64,000 nucleotides of DNA from Diplonema japonicum (taxonomy: Eukaryota; Protista; Euglenozoa: Diplonemea): assembly GCA_964019335.1 (NCBI GenBank), contig OZ025655.1, positions 620,001 through 684,000 of the forward strand. Reading direction: 5' to 3'. Made by a program: the position numbers and the translations under genes. Below the pieces are notes generated by a model. It saw nothing but the letters and a program-made list of their open reading frames with translations. It was not told where the DNA came from and ran no database searches. Shown piece after piece: positions 43,168-55,035 of this stretch (position 1 is its first letter; each line of letters starts with the position of its first letter).

Positions 43168-44658
43168 TTATTTGAACGCGGACTCGATGGGTATGACGTG
43201 CAGCTTTGCTCGACGAGTGCTGTCGGATCTCAGCCACCCCCGCAGAAGCGGAGGGAGGGCTGCGGTATCTATGGGAGTTGATTCGATGCGCGGGGGGCTG
43301 TTCCATCTGGACTTCAGCTTCAAAGTCCTCCGACAGAGCCTTCTCTTGATGGCCTTGAACTCCACCATCTGCTCAGGCGACAGGAGTAAAGGGAGCTCGT
43401 CATCAGGGATATGGTTGCGCCAGTCGCGGGTGCTTTTCGGGTACGTTCTCTTGCGCAGCTCCGGCTTGGTGACGGCAAGCCCGACACCTTTGCCCCCACA
43501 GGAAGCAGCATAGCCTGGCATCTGCCCGGCGGGTGTGATGCAAGCGATTTTGGCCTCCTTCACGGATTTGCACTTCGAGAGTACCTTATCCAACCTTGCC
43601 TGTGACTCTTCTCTTGTGAAATGTTTGAAACTCGTAACCAAAGGAAGCTTTGTCTTGACACGAGACAGGGCGCTGTGGCTGTGAGAGTTATATATAGAGT
43701 GGGTGCGGGGTGCAGTATTTGCATTTGAACAGGGCCAGCTATGCACCTCATCGTTCTCTGCCGCCAGTGCCGTCGCCATGCGTTCGGCGATGATAAGCGC
43801 TCTGCCCATCTTCGCGACGTTGTGCACGCTGGGGACGCGGTACTGCTCCCGGTTGGTAAGGAGATACGTTTGTCTCCGAAGAACATCTTCTTCGACCTGC
43901 TCGTAGGGAAGGGCAGTGCTAGCATTGCGTTGCCGCCACCCCCGCAAGACAGCCGCGTCCCGCTCTCCATGGAACAACAACTCATCAAGTGCGATGTCCT
44001 GTTCACTCTCCTTCAGTGCCGTCCCCAACGCTCGCACCCCTATCACATGGCGAATGAAGTCTTCAAACCCAAAAACTTGCTCGCTGTTGAGGTTCACCTG
44101 AACCCCGATCTTCGAGCACGCCTCCGAGATGACCTCCCCTCGTATCTCATCCGACTCGTCCCCTTCACAGAGATATGCAAAAGCGTCTTCCAGTTCTTTC
44201 TTACGGGCTTGTGCCTGTCGCATTTTAATAATTTTGCACAACCGTAGGAACATATGTCCACTGAGGATCTTTCCATCTTGCCACTCCACAGCATCAAGTG
44301 CGGAAGTAAGGTCCTTGTGGTTGAGTGCCCACCCGATGCTGCACAGGATACTGTCTATGCCTTTGAATGTCAGCAGGGACTCTACTTCGTCTTGGTGTAC
44401 CTTTATAAGCGCTTCCTTCTCCCGTCTTGTCAACGCGAACGCAGCGCCTTGTTTCATCCTCCTGATGCTGATTATTGCTAGCACCACCATTTTGAAGGGT
44501 CCCAGGACCGCTCTTCTCCACTGACCTGACGTCCTGCTCCTCCGCCTGCTCGCCTTCCTGCTGAATGGTGAGAAAGATCGGGCTCTTGAAAGCATTGTCC
44601 CTTTCCGGCTGCGAGAGACCAACGGGCCATATTTCATCTGACCCTGACCTTGGGCCAT
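43168..44658 (-). CDS. Hypothetical protein with degenerate EF-hand-like region (496 aa)
   Basis: Long ORF; ELEDAFAYLCEGDESDEIRGE resembles a calmodulin-fold segment. Confidence 0.6.
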   Translation of the reverse strand: MAQGQGQMKYGPLVSRSRKGTMLSRARSFSPFSRKASRRRSRTSGQWRRAVLGPFKMVVLAIISIRRMKQGAAFALTRREKEALIKVHQDEVESLLTFKGIDSILCSIGWALNHKDLTSALDAVEWQDGKILSGHMFLRLCKIIKMRQAQARKKELEDAFAYLCEGDESDEIRGEVISEACSKIGVQVNLNSEQVFGFEDFIRHVIGVRALGTALKESEQDIALDELLFHGERDAAVLRGWRQRNASTALPYEQVEEDVLRRQTYLLTNREQYRVPSVHNVAKMGRALIIAERMATALAAENDEVHSWPCSNANTAPRTHSIYNSHSHSALSRVKTKLPLVTSFKHFTREESQARLDKVLSKCKSVKEAKIACITPAGQMPGYAASCGGKGVGLAVTKPELRKRTYPKSTRDWRNHIPDDELPLLLSPEQMVEFKAIKRRLCRRTLKLKSRWNSPPRIESTPIDTAALPPLLRGWLRSDSTRRAKLHVIPIESAFK

Positions 44659-44829
44659 GCAGTGCCGTTTTACTGTGTGGCGTTATTAAAGGTCAGGGAG
44701 AGAATTTTAAAACGCAAAATAATTTCAGGGTAAAAGAAAATACACACTACGGTTTATGACGATAAAATAAAAGCATGGGATGGAGGTGACGGGAGCAGGA
44801 TGCTCGACTACACTCTTGCCGCAGCGGAA

Positions 44830-47800
44830 CTAGGACAGGGGCGCATCTTCCTTCCTGCGCTTGCTGGGGTGGTCGTCTTCGGGTGGCCGGCGAGCTTGCT
44901 TAGCAGCAAGGTCTTCTTCTGCGCGTTCCTCAAGGATGTCGAGGGCGGACTCTTGGAAAGAGTTGTCGGCTTCATGAAGGAGCTCGTGCTTGACCCCACC
45001 GGTGAACGGTGTGGTTTCTGAAAGGTTTCCGCCCAGCGCACCCAAGTTCAGCCCATCTAACTCGCCCAGCCCACCAAGCATGTTTGCCACCTCGGCGTCA
45101 GGGGCCACTTGACCTGTAGAGTCAATGGCGTCGGGGGCCGCATCACTTGTCATCCCCGTGTCGGGGGCCACATAACTTGCCACCTCGGACTTCGTCTCTT
45201 CCTTCACGCCCTCATCAGGCAGCCCGAACGTCATGCCTCCCAGGTCTAAGTTCTGCAACGCCACCTGATCGTCGGTGTCAGCCGTCTCTTCCTTCGTGTC
45301 CTTCGTAAGCTTGATCTCTTGCAACCTCATCAAAGGCTCCGGCTGATCAGGGTTAAAACCAAGGACGGTCTCATCATAGGGAGGCCGCGGTACTCCGTTG
45401 TGGCAGCTGTTTAGTGTAACAAAGGAAAAGAAAAACCATACTTTCTGCAATCACCAGCACTTGGGTCAAACGGGAAGTTGCAGTATGTGCGCTGGTAGTG
45501 CCCACAAGTTCTCCTCTTCCACACTTCTCTCGAGCACGGCTTGTACTGGCTGTGGCAGCCAACCTTTGTCTGCGTGTGAGGCGCCCACACAAAATTTCCG
45601 TCGTTGTCTCTGGTGAATATACCACACACTTCAGACTCAGCAGTGATACTGTCGCTGCAGCGACAGCCGTGTCTGAAGCACCCACCACATTCTTGCTTGC
45701 AGACGTGACCACATTTAAGCACATCCCCGCAAGGATAATCGCAGACAATGTGCTCACCAGCGTGGCAGGGCCTCTTACACCTGTGGAGCTCGGGCTTGTT
45801 GCACTCTTTGAATTTCGACTTGCACAGCTGTGCACAGAAGCCATCGATCTTCACCTCGGCGCTCTCTCCCTTCAGCAGGTCCTGCACATGGATCTTTTGC
45901 GACTCGAGTGGGTGACGATCACATCTGAGAGGGAAGTGACTGCCAATCCAGTTGTTCGCCTGCAAGGTGTTCATGGTCAGCTGCCAGTGGGGCACTTCTT
46001 CGCTGTCAAGAAGCTGCCCGTTTCCGAGGATCACCATTCCAAACCTCGCCCTCGACAGCAGCACGCACATCCTGTCTGGCGCTTTGATGAACTCTGTTAA
46101 TTTTTGTGTTCTCACAAGCGACACGATCATCACATCGTTCTCGTCACCTTGGAAACGATCGACCGTGCACACCATGTCACGCCTGTGGCAGTCGGCGAGC
46201 TCCAACGCCTCAGTCAGTTCTCGCAGCTGACCCTTGTAGGGGGTTAGCACTGTCATCTGGTTCAAGCTAAGACCACGTGCAGTGAAGTACTTGACAAGCC
46301 ACACCACCATGCGAACCTCAGTGGGGTTCACGACAGATAAACCGACTTCAGAACGCTCCTCCGAAGTGTTGTGTGACCAGAACCACACAGGCTTGCCGAG
46401 TCCGGGGATGTTGCCAGGTTCCCTAATCTCACCAGTACCATCACAGTGCATCTTTCGTGGCTCCAAGCAAGGATCGTCAATAAGCTGCCTGTAGAGGGGC
46501 CTCACGAACTGCGAGATTTGCTTCACCATCCTTCGCTGGTTGGTCAAGTTGTGTACGGGCACCTCGTTATTTGCCATGCGCTCAAAGAGAGACAGGTCCA
46601 GACGACAGTCACGCGCAAGATCATAGTTGTTGACGATAGGTCTCAGCTGCTTGTGGTCGCCGATGAGCACCACCTGCTGGATGGACTCCTGGTTCAAGCA
46701 CGATAAGATTTGACTCTCCAAAATCTCAGCAGCCTCCTCGACAATGAGAATAGTGGGTTTCACTTTGTTGAGAAGCTCCTTGTTAATGGTGCAACCTGTA
46801 GTCGTGAGACCAATGACCTGAGCGTGCTGCAGGGCGTCGACCTTGGTCTGATCCCTAAACTCTTGCTGACTTGCAACAAGGTAGATGTACTCCGCTTTGA
46901 GCTTCTGGTATTGCTGCATGACAGCCCGTTTGTGCCGTTGGGTCCACGCAGACTTGAGCTCTTGCCTTTGTGCCATGCTCAACTCGTTGAGGTTCTCGAA
47001 CTCTTCAGGGTCGAAGTTCAACGGTTCGAGCCTGGGGAGGGGTCTGTCTGGGAGGACAGAAGAAAAGGAGTTCATGAAGCGCATACGCGCCTTGTCTTCG
47101 TTTTCCTGCTCCTTCTTCGTCTGGTAGATGTCACGCTGCGCTTGGAGGTTCATGCCTTTGGGCATCCCGTCGTCAGAAGCTTCGTAGTCAGAATCGTTGT
47201 CCTTGTTGTCGTCTGCCATGGCTGCCTTCGCAACGTCCTCCAAACTCACGAGGACCTCGTTGGCTGCCTCGCCGAGCCAGGATTCGATCTTGGAAGGAGT
47301 GACTTCACCGAAGTGTGCAGATTGTGCCTCTGTCATATTGCACATCATGCATTCCACCGTCAGGTTTGCACCGTCGAGATGCGAAATCTCAGCACCAAGG
47401 TTCTTCAACAGGTCCACCTTGTTCCTTAGTGCGCTGTACAGGAGCTTGCTGTAGTTCATGAGGTTGGGCTCGATTTCGAACCTTCTGACGTGCTCGTTCA
47501 CATTGTACTGAATCAGCTCCTCGCACTGCGAACGGGACCCGAATCGCACAAGGCCTTCCTTCTTAGAAGGGTCGTGCACATCATCTCGCAGGGACGGCTT
47601 GACGTCCATCAGGAACTCGTCGAGAGAGTGGTTCTTGTAAGTGATAATCTGGATCGGGCCTGTGTCCTTGATGAGCTCAGCCATGTCACGCTCCTTCTTC
47701 TGTTCCAGCTTCATGATTTCAGCAAACAACGCGCTCTGCTTCTCATCAATGGCGTGCATTTCTGCCTTCCTGCTCGTTCTCTTGTTGTATAGAACTTCAA

Positions 47801-50558
47801 TGGTCTGTGTTGGTTATAGTATATCGTGTTGTCTCGCTGCATACCTTTCTCAGCTCCGACTTGTCTTTTGTTTTAGATGTCTTGTCACGCTTCAACTTCA
47901 GTGATATGATCTCATCCTTTGCTTTGTCCACCTGCACCTGCAACGTTTGGTACTCCTCCGAAGCCTTCTTGGCCTGCGCTAAGTATTTCTCGATCAGCTT
48001 CTTTTCAGGGTTGCGCTCCATCTTGTCGCGCGCTGCGTAACGAGTACGGAGGATCACGTCCACCATCTTCACACCGGTGTAGGACTTCCCTGTCCCGGGG
48101 GGGCCTTGGACAAGAAGGAAGCTGTTCTTGAGACCAGAGATGGCACGCTCCTGTGAAGGGTCAAAGGTGTTCTCTGAAACGCAGTTGGCAAGTTCTTGAA
48201 CGAACTCCAACTCATTATGCGCCACCCAAGGAGGGGTGCGTGGCTTGTCATTGCCGTATACAAGGTAGTCCTCAAACGGGCAGTGTCCTTTCTCCACAGC
48301 CGCTCTACCGAATTGCTGCAGGGCCTCCAACACTGGCCTGTAACCGGAGAAGAAGATAGTTCTCGCCTCCACGAGCCAGCACTCCTGATCTTTAGCGGTG
48401 TATTGCAGGTGTTGCAGCTTCTTCTGCAGGTCCAACGGATCGCCAGCGATGAACTCCAAACCCAAGATCCCTTCGTTCAAGAGAATCTGATCTCTGTGCG
48501 ACACTACTGCCCACCACACTGTGCTCTGGAATCTGTCGATGGTTAATGCCACGAGGTTCCCGGTACCCATCATCCTGTCGTTGCGGGTGGTGTCAATTGG
48601 TTTTGATACCTCATCTTCCAGGCGTCCTGCATGGCCTCGACGATCTTGAAACGCACCGTGTAGCACAAGCGACCTGCGTTAGTGACAGCACCGACGTAGT
48701 TGACCCCCAAAATGCCGACAAGCTGTGTTGTGTGTGGTTGAATTAGATGCGTGCGGCATACCCTGCACCACGTCGAAGGGTTCGAGACGGAACGCTTGTA
48801 CTCTGCGTCGTCGGACTCTGCGAACTGTGCGTGCTTGTAGATCTTGTGGTGCATGGAGAACTGAAACTCCTTGTAAGTGTCAGCCCTCAGAAGAGTGAAG
48901 GAGGACTTTGTATAATTCTCAGGAGATCCCCATGACCCTGTGTCCCTGTTCCTCGGCAACCTGTCCGGCTCCAAAGCGTCCTCCTCAGCGAACTCGTCCA
49001 GCGTTGGCAGCGGGTTGAACCCATCTGTCTCTGCGGAGTGGCCCTCCCTTTCTGCGGAGATGATCTCGTCGACATTCAGCAGCTGTTTCTTGTCCTTGAT
49101 CATCAGCGTGTTGTAGCCCTTCGCTGCAGCCTTGCCAAGCAGCCCGACGAACGACTCCCTCTCGCCCATCACCCCCTCAAGCTTCTTCAGAGTCTCCACG
49201 AACTCTTTTCCCAGCACCTTGTCCTTTGCTGCGTTTTGTTTCGCAGCGCGAAGCAGTCCATGCAACTTAGCAACATCCTCGCCAGTGTTCTTCTTGTAAA
49301 GGTATATAAACTGAGCCACCTGCACAAGCACCGACGGGGACAGCGACGGGATATGCAGAGGAAGGGTGGTGGTCATGAACGTCGTGCCCGTGAAGGAGTT
49401 AAAGAAAGACCACAGTAAAATGTGCATGTTCGAGTCCTCCAGCCACGTGCGGGAAGCAATCCCCAGAATAAGAAGAACGTGCCACTGCATAAGACCCCCC
49501 GTGGCCTTGTTGGTGAAAGGCTCGCCGAGGATACGGCACCAGATCTCCAACTCCTGCACGATCTTCACGTACAGCGACAAATCGGCGCCAGCCTCAATGA
49601 GGTACAAGAGGGAGAGCATGTACTTGCGTACTTCTTGCGGGATGATCTGGCACTTGAAAGGGATCTTCTCCTTCGATGGGTGGAACATTGCGACGTTTGT
49701 AGCTATCCAGCGAGACTGTGTGGCGGACTTGTACTTGCTCTTGGTAACGTCTGTGCCTTGGAAGAGCCTTGAGAACTCGAATTTGACAATGTCTCCCACC
49801 ACGAAGGACTGGTGCATGAGGGAGGTCCCGTCAAAGAGGATCTTCCTGTTGCCCTGCTTCATGAAGACGGTGTCGCGGGCGAGCTCTCTTGGGACCGTCT
49901 CGTCGTCTCCTAGGAGGTCGATGTACCCCAGGTTGTGCTGCGGCACAAGTGTGGTGATTTCGCCAAGGGCAACGTTTGAGGAGTGCGTGGTCTCGTGGGC
50001 GTAGAAACGGCGTGTGAGCTCCTTGATTGCGGTACTCCTGTTCTCGAGCACCAAGTTGTCCTCCACCTTCATCGCCTTGTCGACGGTCTCACGGCCTTCC
50101 AACTTGTTTTTCTTCGCGTCCCTCATCGCTCTGTCCCTCTCGGCAGCCTCGTCTCTCATCTTGTAGTACTTCCCACCCCTCATGATCGCGATTTCCTTTC
50201 TCCTTGCGATCTCCTCACGCTTTTCCTTGTTATTCTTTGCTGTCACGGTTTCGGCTTTATCCAGCTTTCTTTTGCGGGTCTCCTTGGGCTTTGGCTTGGC
50301 CGCGATAGGGTCGCGCATGGCCGCGGCTTTGTTCTGGGCCTTTAATTTCTTTACCACCGCTTCCGTCCGAACAGGCGCTGCAGTGTCCTCCATGTTGTCC
50401 CCGTCGTCGGTGTTCTCCAACAAAAATGCATCCATCTCACGCATTTCCTTCTGGGTCTCCGTCACCGCGAGGTCGTCGGGCATGCCATCAAGCTCTTCGG
50501 CCTCACGTGTCTCGCGTGTCTCTTGTCGGTGGGTGGTCCATGTGCTGTCCCCTGGCAT
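44830..50558 (-). CDS. ZNFX1: ZNFX1/Hrr1-like SF1 (Upf1-like) RNA helicase with NF-X1-type zinc fingers (~1859 aa; introns 48723-48761, 48575-48609, 47805-47844, 45407-45441)
   Basis: Walker A VQGPPGTGKSYTG; VIGLTTTG; ILIVEEAAEILE (ZNFX1-type EEAA); LIGDHKQLRP; SLFERM; TVDRFQGDEND; Cys/His repeats HRCKRPCH...CGHVCKQECG. Four short GT-AG introns keep the frame. Confidence 0.85.
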
Positions 50559-50882
50559 CCTGAACACAACCCCTCCCTGAGGCTGCTGATGGTAGAGCGT
50601 AACGACATTGCATAGAGGGAAAAAAAGAGGAAAAAACTACTAAGTGGAGAAAGAAAAAGGCACAAAGGTTTTCAAAAGGAAGGGGGGTGGAGGGAAAGGA
50701 GCGCGCAATCGCGTTAGCGCTTTCTCGAAAATGCTAACTAGGCCCCCTTAGTTCGGGGAAATCCTCAAAATCAACCCGCTATCTTCGGCTTTGGGCATCC
50801 TTTCATTCTGTCGAATCAAGACAAAAAAAAAAAAGAAAAAAAGAAGAAAAAAAAAAAAAAAAAAAACACCCCATATTTACGG

Positions 50883-51275
50883 TTATGAGATCTCGTAGGT
50901 GACGTCGGAGATGGCAGCACAGAGTGCGTGGGGAGGGCAGTCGGTTGCAAGAAGTTGCTGGCAGTTAGAAGCTTGCTTTTTTAGAGTGGACAGGTCGAGC
51001 TGGGCCTGATGGAGGTCCCGCTGTAGCGTGAATGCCTCCAGTTCTTTATTCCTCCGTGCTTCGTAAAGAAGGTCCTGAGCTGCTTCTAGCAGCTTGTCTG
51101 AATCTCGCGGTTTGCCAACTATATCATCATCATAGCCCAGTGCCCTGGAGCACACCCACCCACACAGGAAACCGATCATCACTAGCGTAACTGTCCGTAT
51201 TCTTTTTCGCCATCTCTTCCTTGCCCTGCTCTGGGCCGTATCGACAGCCCAGCTGTACTCATCATGCCGTGTCAT
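50883..51275 (-). CDS. Hypothetical type-II membrane coiled-coil protein (130 aa)
   Basis: Basic patch, then TM VTLVMIGFLCGWVC, then coiled coil; start reassigned to MTRHDE. Confidence 0.6.
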   Translation of the reverse strand: MTRHDEYSWAVDTAQSRARKRWRKRIRTVTLVMIGFLCGWVCSRALGYDDDIVGKPRDSDKLLEAAQDLLYEARRNKELEAFTLQRDLHQAQLDLSTLKKQASNCQQLLATDCPPHALCAAISDVTYEIS

Positions 51276-51537
51276 CTTACCATCAAAGGGTTGCTTTTGG
51301 ACTAATGTTTTTAATGCGTTTATCGCTACTCTCCTTTTTTTAATATATTTTTTGTCACCCCTTCTCCTCCACCTTTTTTTTTTCTTTTTTTTTTGCACAG
51401 AATGAAAAGAAACAGTATTAAAAAAAAAGAAATACACCCGTACCCCCGTACCCAAATCAATAACTGCGTGTAACTAAAAAAAAAAAAAGAGAGAAAGAAG
51501 GAAGAAAAAAAAATTTTGTATCACTGTCATTGTCACA

Positions 51538-51563
<26 letters not shown>

Positions 51564-51570
<7 letters not shown>

Positions 51571-51818
51571 GAGCTACTCCCTGGGAGCTTCATCCCTGCG
51601 GCCTTCGCCAGCATTGAGAGCTGTTGCTGCGATGTCACCAGTTCCTTTTCAACGCCTGTGAGGCTCTGCAAGTTGTGTGCCATGCTCGTGGTAACCTTTT
51701 TCAACCGCTTCTCAAACATTGGTAGGGGCTTGGCCATTTTCCCTATTGCATTTATTTGCTTGTGGCAGTCTGGAGGGGGTGCTGCAGGAGCCATTGCCGC
51801 TGTACTCAAAGAGACCAT
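51564..51818 (-). CDS. Small coiled-coil protein (84 aa)
   Basis: Coding-like island between homopolymer tracts; (CAAAA)n leader before the ATG. Confidence 0.6.
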
Positions 51819-52232
51819 TTTGTTTGTTTTGTTTTGTTTTGTTTTCCCCTTCTCCTCAATATGAAGAAAAATATATATATAAAAAAAAAAAAAAACCAGG
51901 CATTCTACAAATCAATACAAATAAGATACACAGGAAGGGAGAACTAGGTAAGAAAAAAAAAGAGGGGGGGGAAGGCGGAGGCTGGAGATGGAGAAACAAA
52001 GGTGGTGGAAAGAGTGTTGAAAAGGGGGGGGGAAGAAAAGAAAAAACATTTTTAACACAAGAAAAAAAAATAAGGGGGGTAAAAGAGGGGGGCAGAGAAA
52101 AAGGAGGGAAAGGGAAGAAAAAAAAGGGGGGGGGGAGGAGAATAGAGAAAGCGATCTTTTTCTACACCCCCCCTTTTTTTTTTTAATATAAAGGGGGTTC
52201 ATTAACAACAATCTATATGGAAAAAAAAAAAA

Positions 52233-52811
52233 TTAATAAAACTTTGATCCGGCACCATCACCGAAGCTGGTGGGGGCAAACTTGTACGCATCAGTCATGC
52301 CAGTTAGGGTAGGCCGGATGTGACCTGGTTTGTGTTGTTGGACAAAGGGCTCCCTGGTAGGGGGAGGTGGTTTCTTGAATGAAGGGACGGGGGGACCGAA
52401 TATGTTATTATCGTGGTTGATACGAGAGCCGCGTGTGGAAGACGCACCGGCCCTTGCCCTGTTGGAGAAGGGATCGGAGTCTGTATTGACTCTGGAAGAT
52501 ACAAGCTTCTTCGGTGGCTCTATAGCCATGGAAGGTGCATTTTGCAAGTGGTTGGCCCTGGAAGTGGTGGTATGTTTAGGCTCCCAAGAGGTACTTTCCT
52601 TTGGTGCCATGACCCTCCGGGATGCCTTCTGCGGCGCCGCCCTATCTCCACCCTCCACTGCATACGGCCTTTCATTCCCACCACTGCCTGCTATCCTCTT
52701 TGTCCTTGCCATATCCTTTTGCACCACACTGTCTAGTAAAAACAAGTTCCTCGGGCCCGTATCATAACTGAAGTTGGGAACTCTTGCAGGAGAGCTGTGT
52801 GAAATCGGCAT
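52233..52811 (-). CDS. Hypothetical protein (192 aa)
   Basis: ORF on the array strand; start MPISHS after a poly(A) leader. Confidence 0.65.
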   Translation of the reverse strand: MPISHSSPARVPNFSYDTGPRNLFLLDSVVQKDMARTKRIAGSGGNERPYAVEGGDRAAPQKASRRVMAPKESTSWEPKHTTTSRANHLQNAPSMAIEPPKKLVSSRVNTDSDPFSNRARAGASSTRGSRINHDNNIFGPPVPSFKKPPPPTREPFVQQHKPGHIRPTLTGMTDAYKFAPTSFGDGAGSKFY

Positions 52812-52839
52812 TTTTTTTTCTTTTTTTTTTCTTCTTCCC

Positions 52840-52870
<31 letters not shown>

Positions 52871-54180
52871 CTTTTTTTGAATATTTCACTCTTTTCGGAA
52901 AAAATACCTCACGCACTCGGGTTTGCCACAGTAGGCCGACTTTTTTTTTTTTTTTTTTTTTTTGTTGCTAGGATCAGTTTCCTAGTGGTGAAGTAATTTC
53001 AGAGTGTCTGTAGAGTTAATAAAAATATTGCCTGGAGCACGCAGTCAAGATGCAGAATTTAATACTTTTTTTGGGGGGGGGTTTTCTTTTGAGAATAATA
53101 ATAAGAAAAAAAAACCCCCCTTTTTTTTGTGGTGTAAAAGAAGAAGAAGAAAAAACCCTCTGGACACGTATGGTACAGCCCTTCGCAAAAAAAGAAAGAA
53201 GAAGAAGAAAAAAAAAATGTAATAAGAAATAAATTGAAGTACCAACTAACTAAACTTTACCGGAAAAATAAAAGACATTTTTTTTTTGAAAACTAGATAA
53301 TAGGTGGGGTAAAAAAAAGGAGGGGGTGGTGGTTGCACTCCTTTTTTTGGGGGGGGGGTTGTCACTGCAAATGAGAATTGAGTTCACGCGTCCCCCAAGG
53401 GGAAGAAGAAGAAAAAATGAATTTCATCGAAAGACTAAAAAGAAGAGAAGGGGGGGGGGGGGGGGGGGGGGAGGGGGAAATGGGTTTCGTGCGACAGGTT
53501 TCTTCTTCTTTAGTTTTTCTTTTGCACCCTTATTCAAGTAGGGAGCACCTAGCCTTACAACTTCGCCTTCTTCTTTCTTTCTTTTTCCCCAATGAGGGAG
53601 GGGGGGGGGGGGGGGCAAGAGAAGGCTAAATTGAAAGAAACGAAAAGAAAGGGGGAAAAAAAAAAAGTAAGGGTGGTTGATGGTGCTTGGCGGTTTAAGG
53701 CTGCAATGAAATCTCTCTCATTTCTCCTTTTATTCCCGACCATGAGCCAGCCCTTTTAAAAAGGAAAAAAAAAAAAAAGAGGGGGAAGTGTTTCTTGTTA
53801 AGAGAGCGGAACAAGGTCTCCCCCCCCCCTCTTTTTTCATTTTCTTTTATTTTCTTCTTTTCGTTTCTTCTTTCCCTTCTCTCTTCTAATACGATTCGCT
53901 CCACTATATGGTCTCCCGTCATCCATTAGGCATGAATACTAGGGGGAGGGGATGGGGGAAAGAAAACCAAGTTAAACAGGAGAAATGTGCAAAAGCCGGG
54001 GGGGGGGGGGGGGGGCTTTGGAAACAGGGGGAGGGTTAGTTCACTGATGTGGGAGAACTGCTAGCAAAACGACCACCAGGAAAAAAAAAAAAAAAAAAAT
54101 AGTGATTTGAGGTGGACGGAAAGAAACTAATTGGAATTTTTTTTTTCTTCTTTTTCATTTTCCGGACGGCCATTCCCGCA

Positions 54181-54887
54181 TCACCGGATGCCTCTTGAAG
54201 GGTTTTGCCAAGGTGGAACTTCGACAGGTTTCATAATAGCTTTCGGTGTATTCTGTGAGTAATAATATTTATTTACCACCACCACTACCACCATACCGGT
54301 TCAGGAGACGCCCCGCGAGACTCAGTTAGACAGATTCGTGATTTCAACTGGTCAAGAGAATCCCCATGAGGAGCTTCTGAAGGCGGGCTGCGTACATGCG
54401 AAATTGATTTCCTTTTTTCATGAAGCCGCTCCTCGTAAGTAGATTCCTGCAGCAACCTGTCGTAGGTGGCCACATAGGCACCTGTTTCCCCTTTGTCCAC
54501 AGCTTCTTTTATAACTTGCTCCGCTCCGTTGGTGAAGTCCCATCTAGGGGAGTTTTTTGGTTCGCCCGGTTGCGGTGCTACCATGGGCGACATCTTCCCT
54601 CTGCTGACCCGCTTCTCGGCGAGTTTTGAGTTGAAGCTTGCTTCTTGTTTGAACTTCTCTGCCTCGTTCACGCAGGTTGTTCGGACGGCCCGCTTCTCAG
54701 CGAGCCTCGCCTGGTGGTGTGCTTGCTGGATCTTCTTTTCCTGGTCCTTGTCGATCTGCGCACGCTTGTCCTCGACCACCGGTGCCCTCCGCCCCATCTT
54801 CGGGGAGTTCTTTGTCACCTCCTCAAGGATTTCAGTGCTTATGTTGCACGGCTCAAAAGAGTAGAGATCATCGATCACATCGCCCAT
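54181..54887 (-). CDS. Hypothetical protein (220 aa; intron 54253-54296)
   Basis: Start MGDVID; a 44-nt GTATGG..ACAG intron gives the in-frame terminal exon NTPKAIMKPVEVPPWQNPSRGIR*. Confidence 0.65.
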
Positions 54888-54903
54888 GGCAGAGGGCACC
54901 TTC

Positions 54904-54935
<32 letters not shown>

Positions 54936-54957
54936 TTTAAAATATTGAAACACAAAG

Positions 54958-55006
<49 letters not shown>

Positions 55007-55035
55007 CGTTACGGGAGAGGGGTCAACACTTCTAA

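Noticed and set aside
50755-50820. SECIS-like pattern on the minus strand (ATGA-N11-AA-N23-GA) and nearby small hairpins
   Set aside because: Helix II pairing is weak, and the upstream genes have no in-frame TGA and end in TAA.
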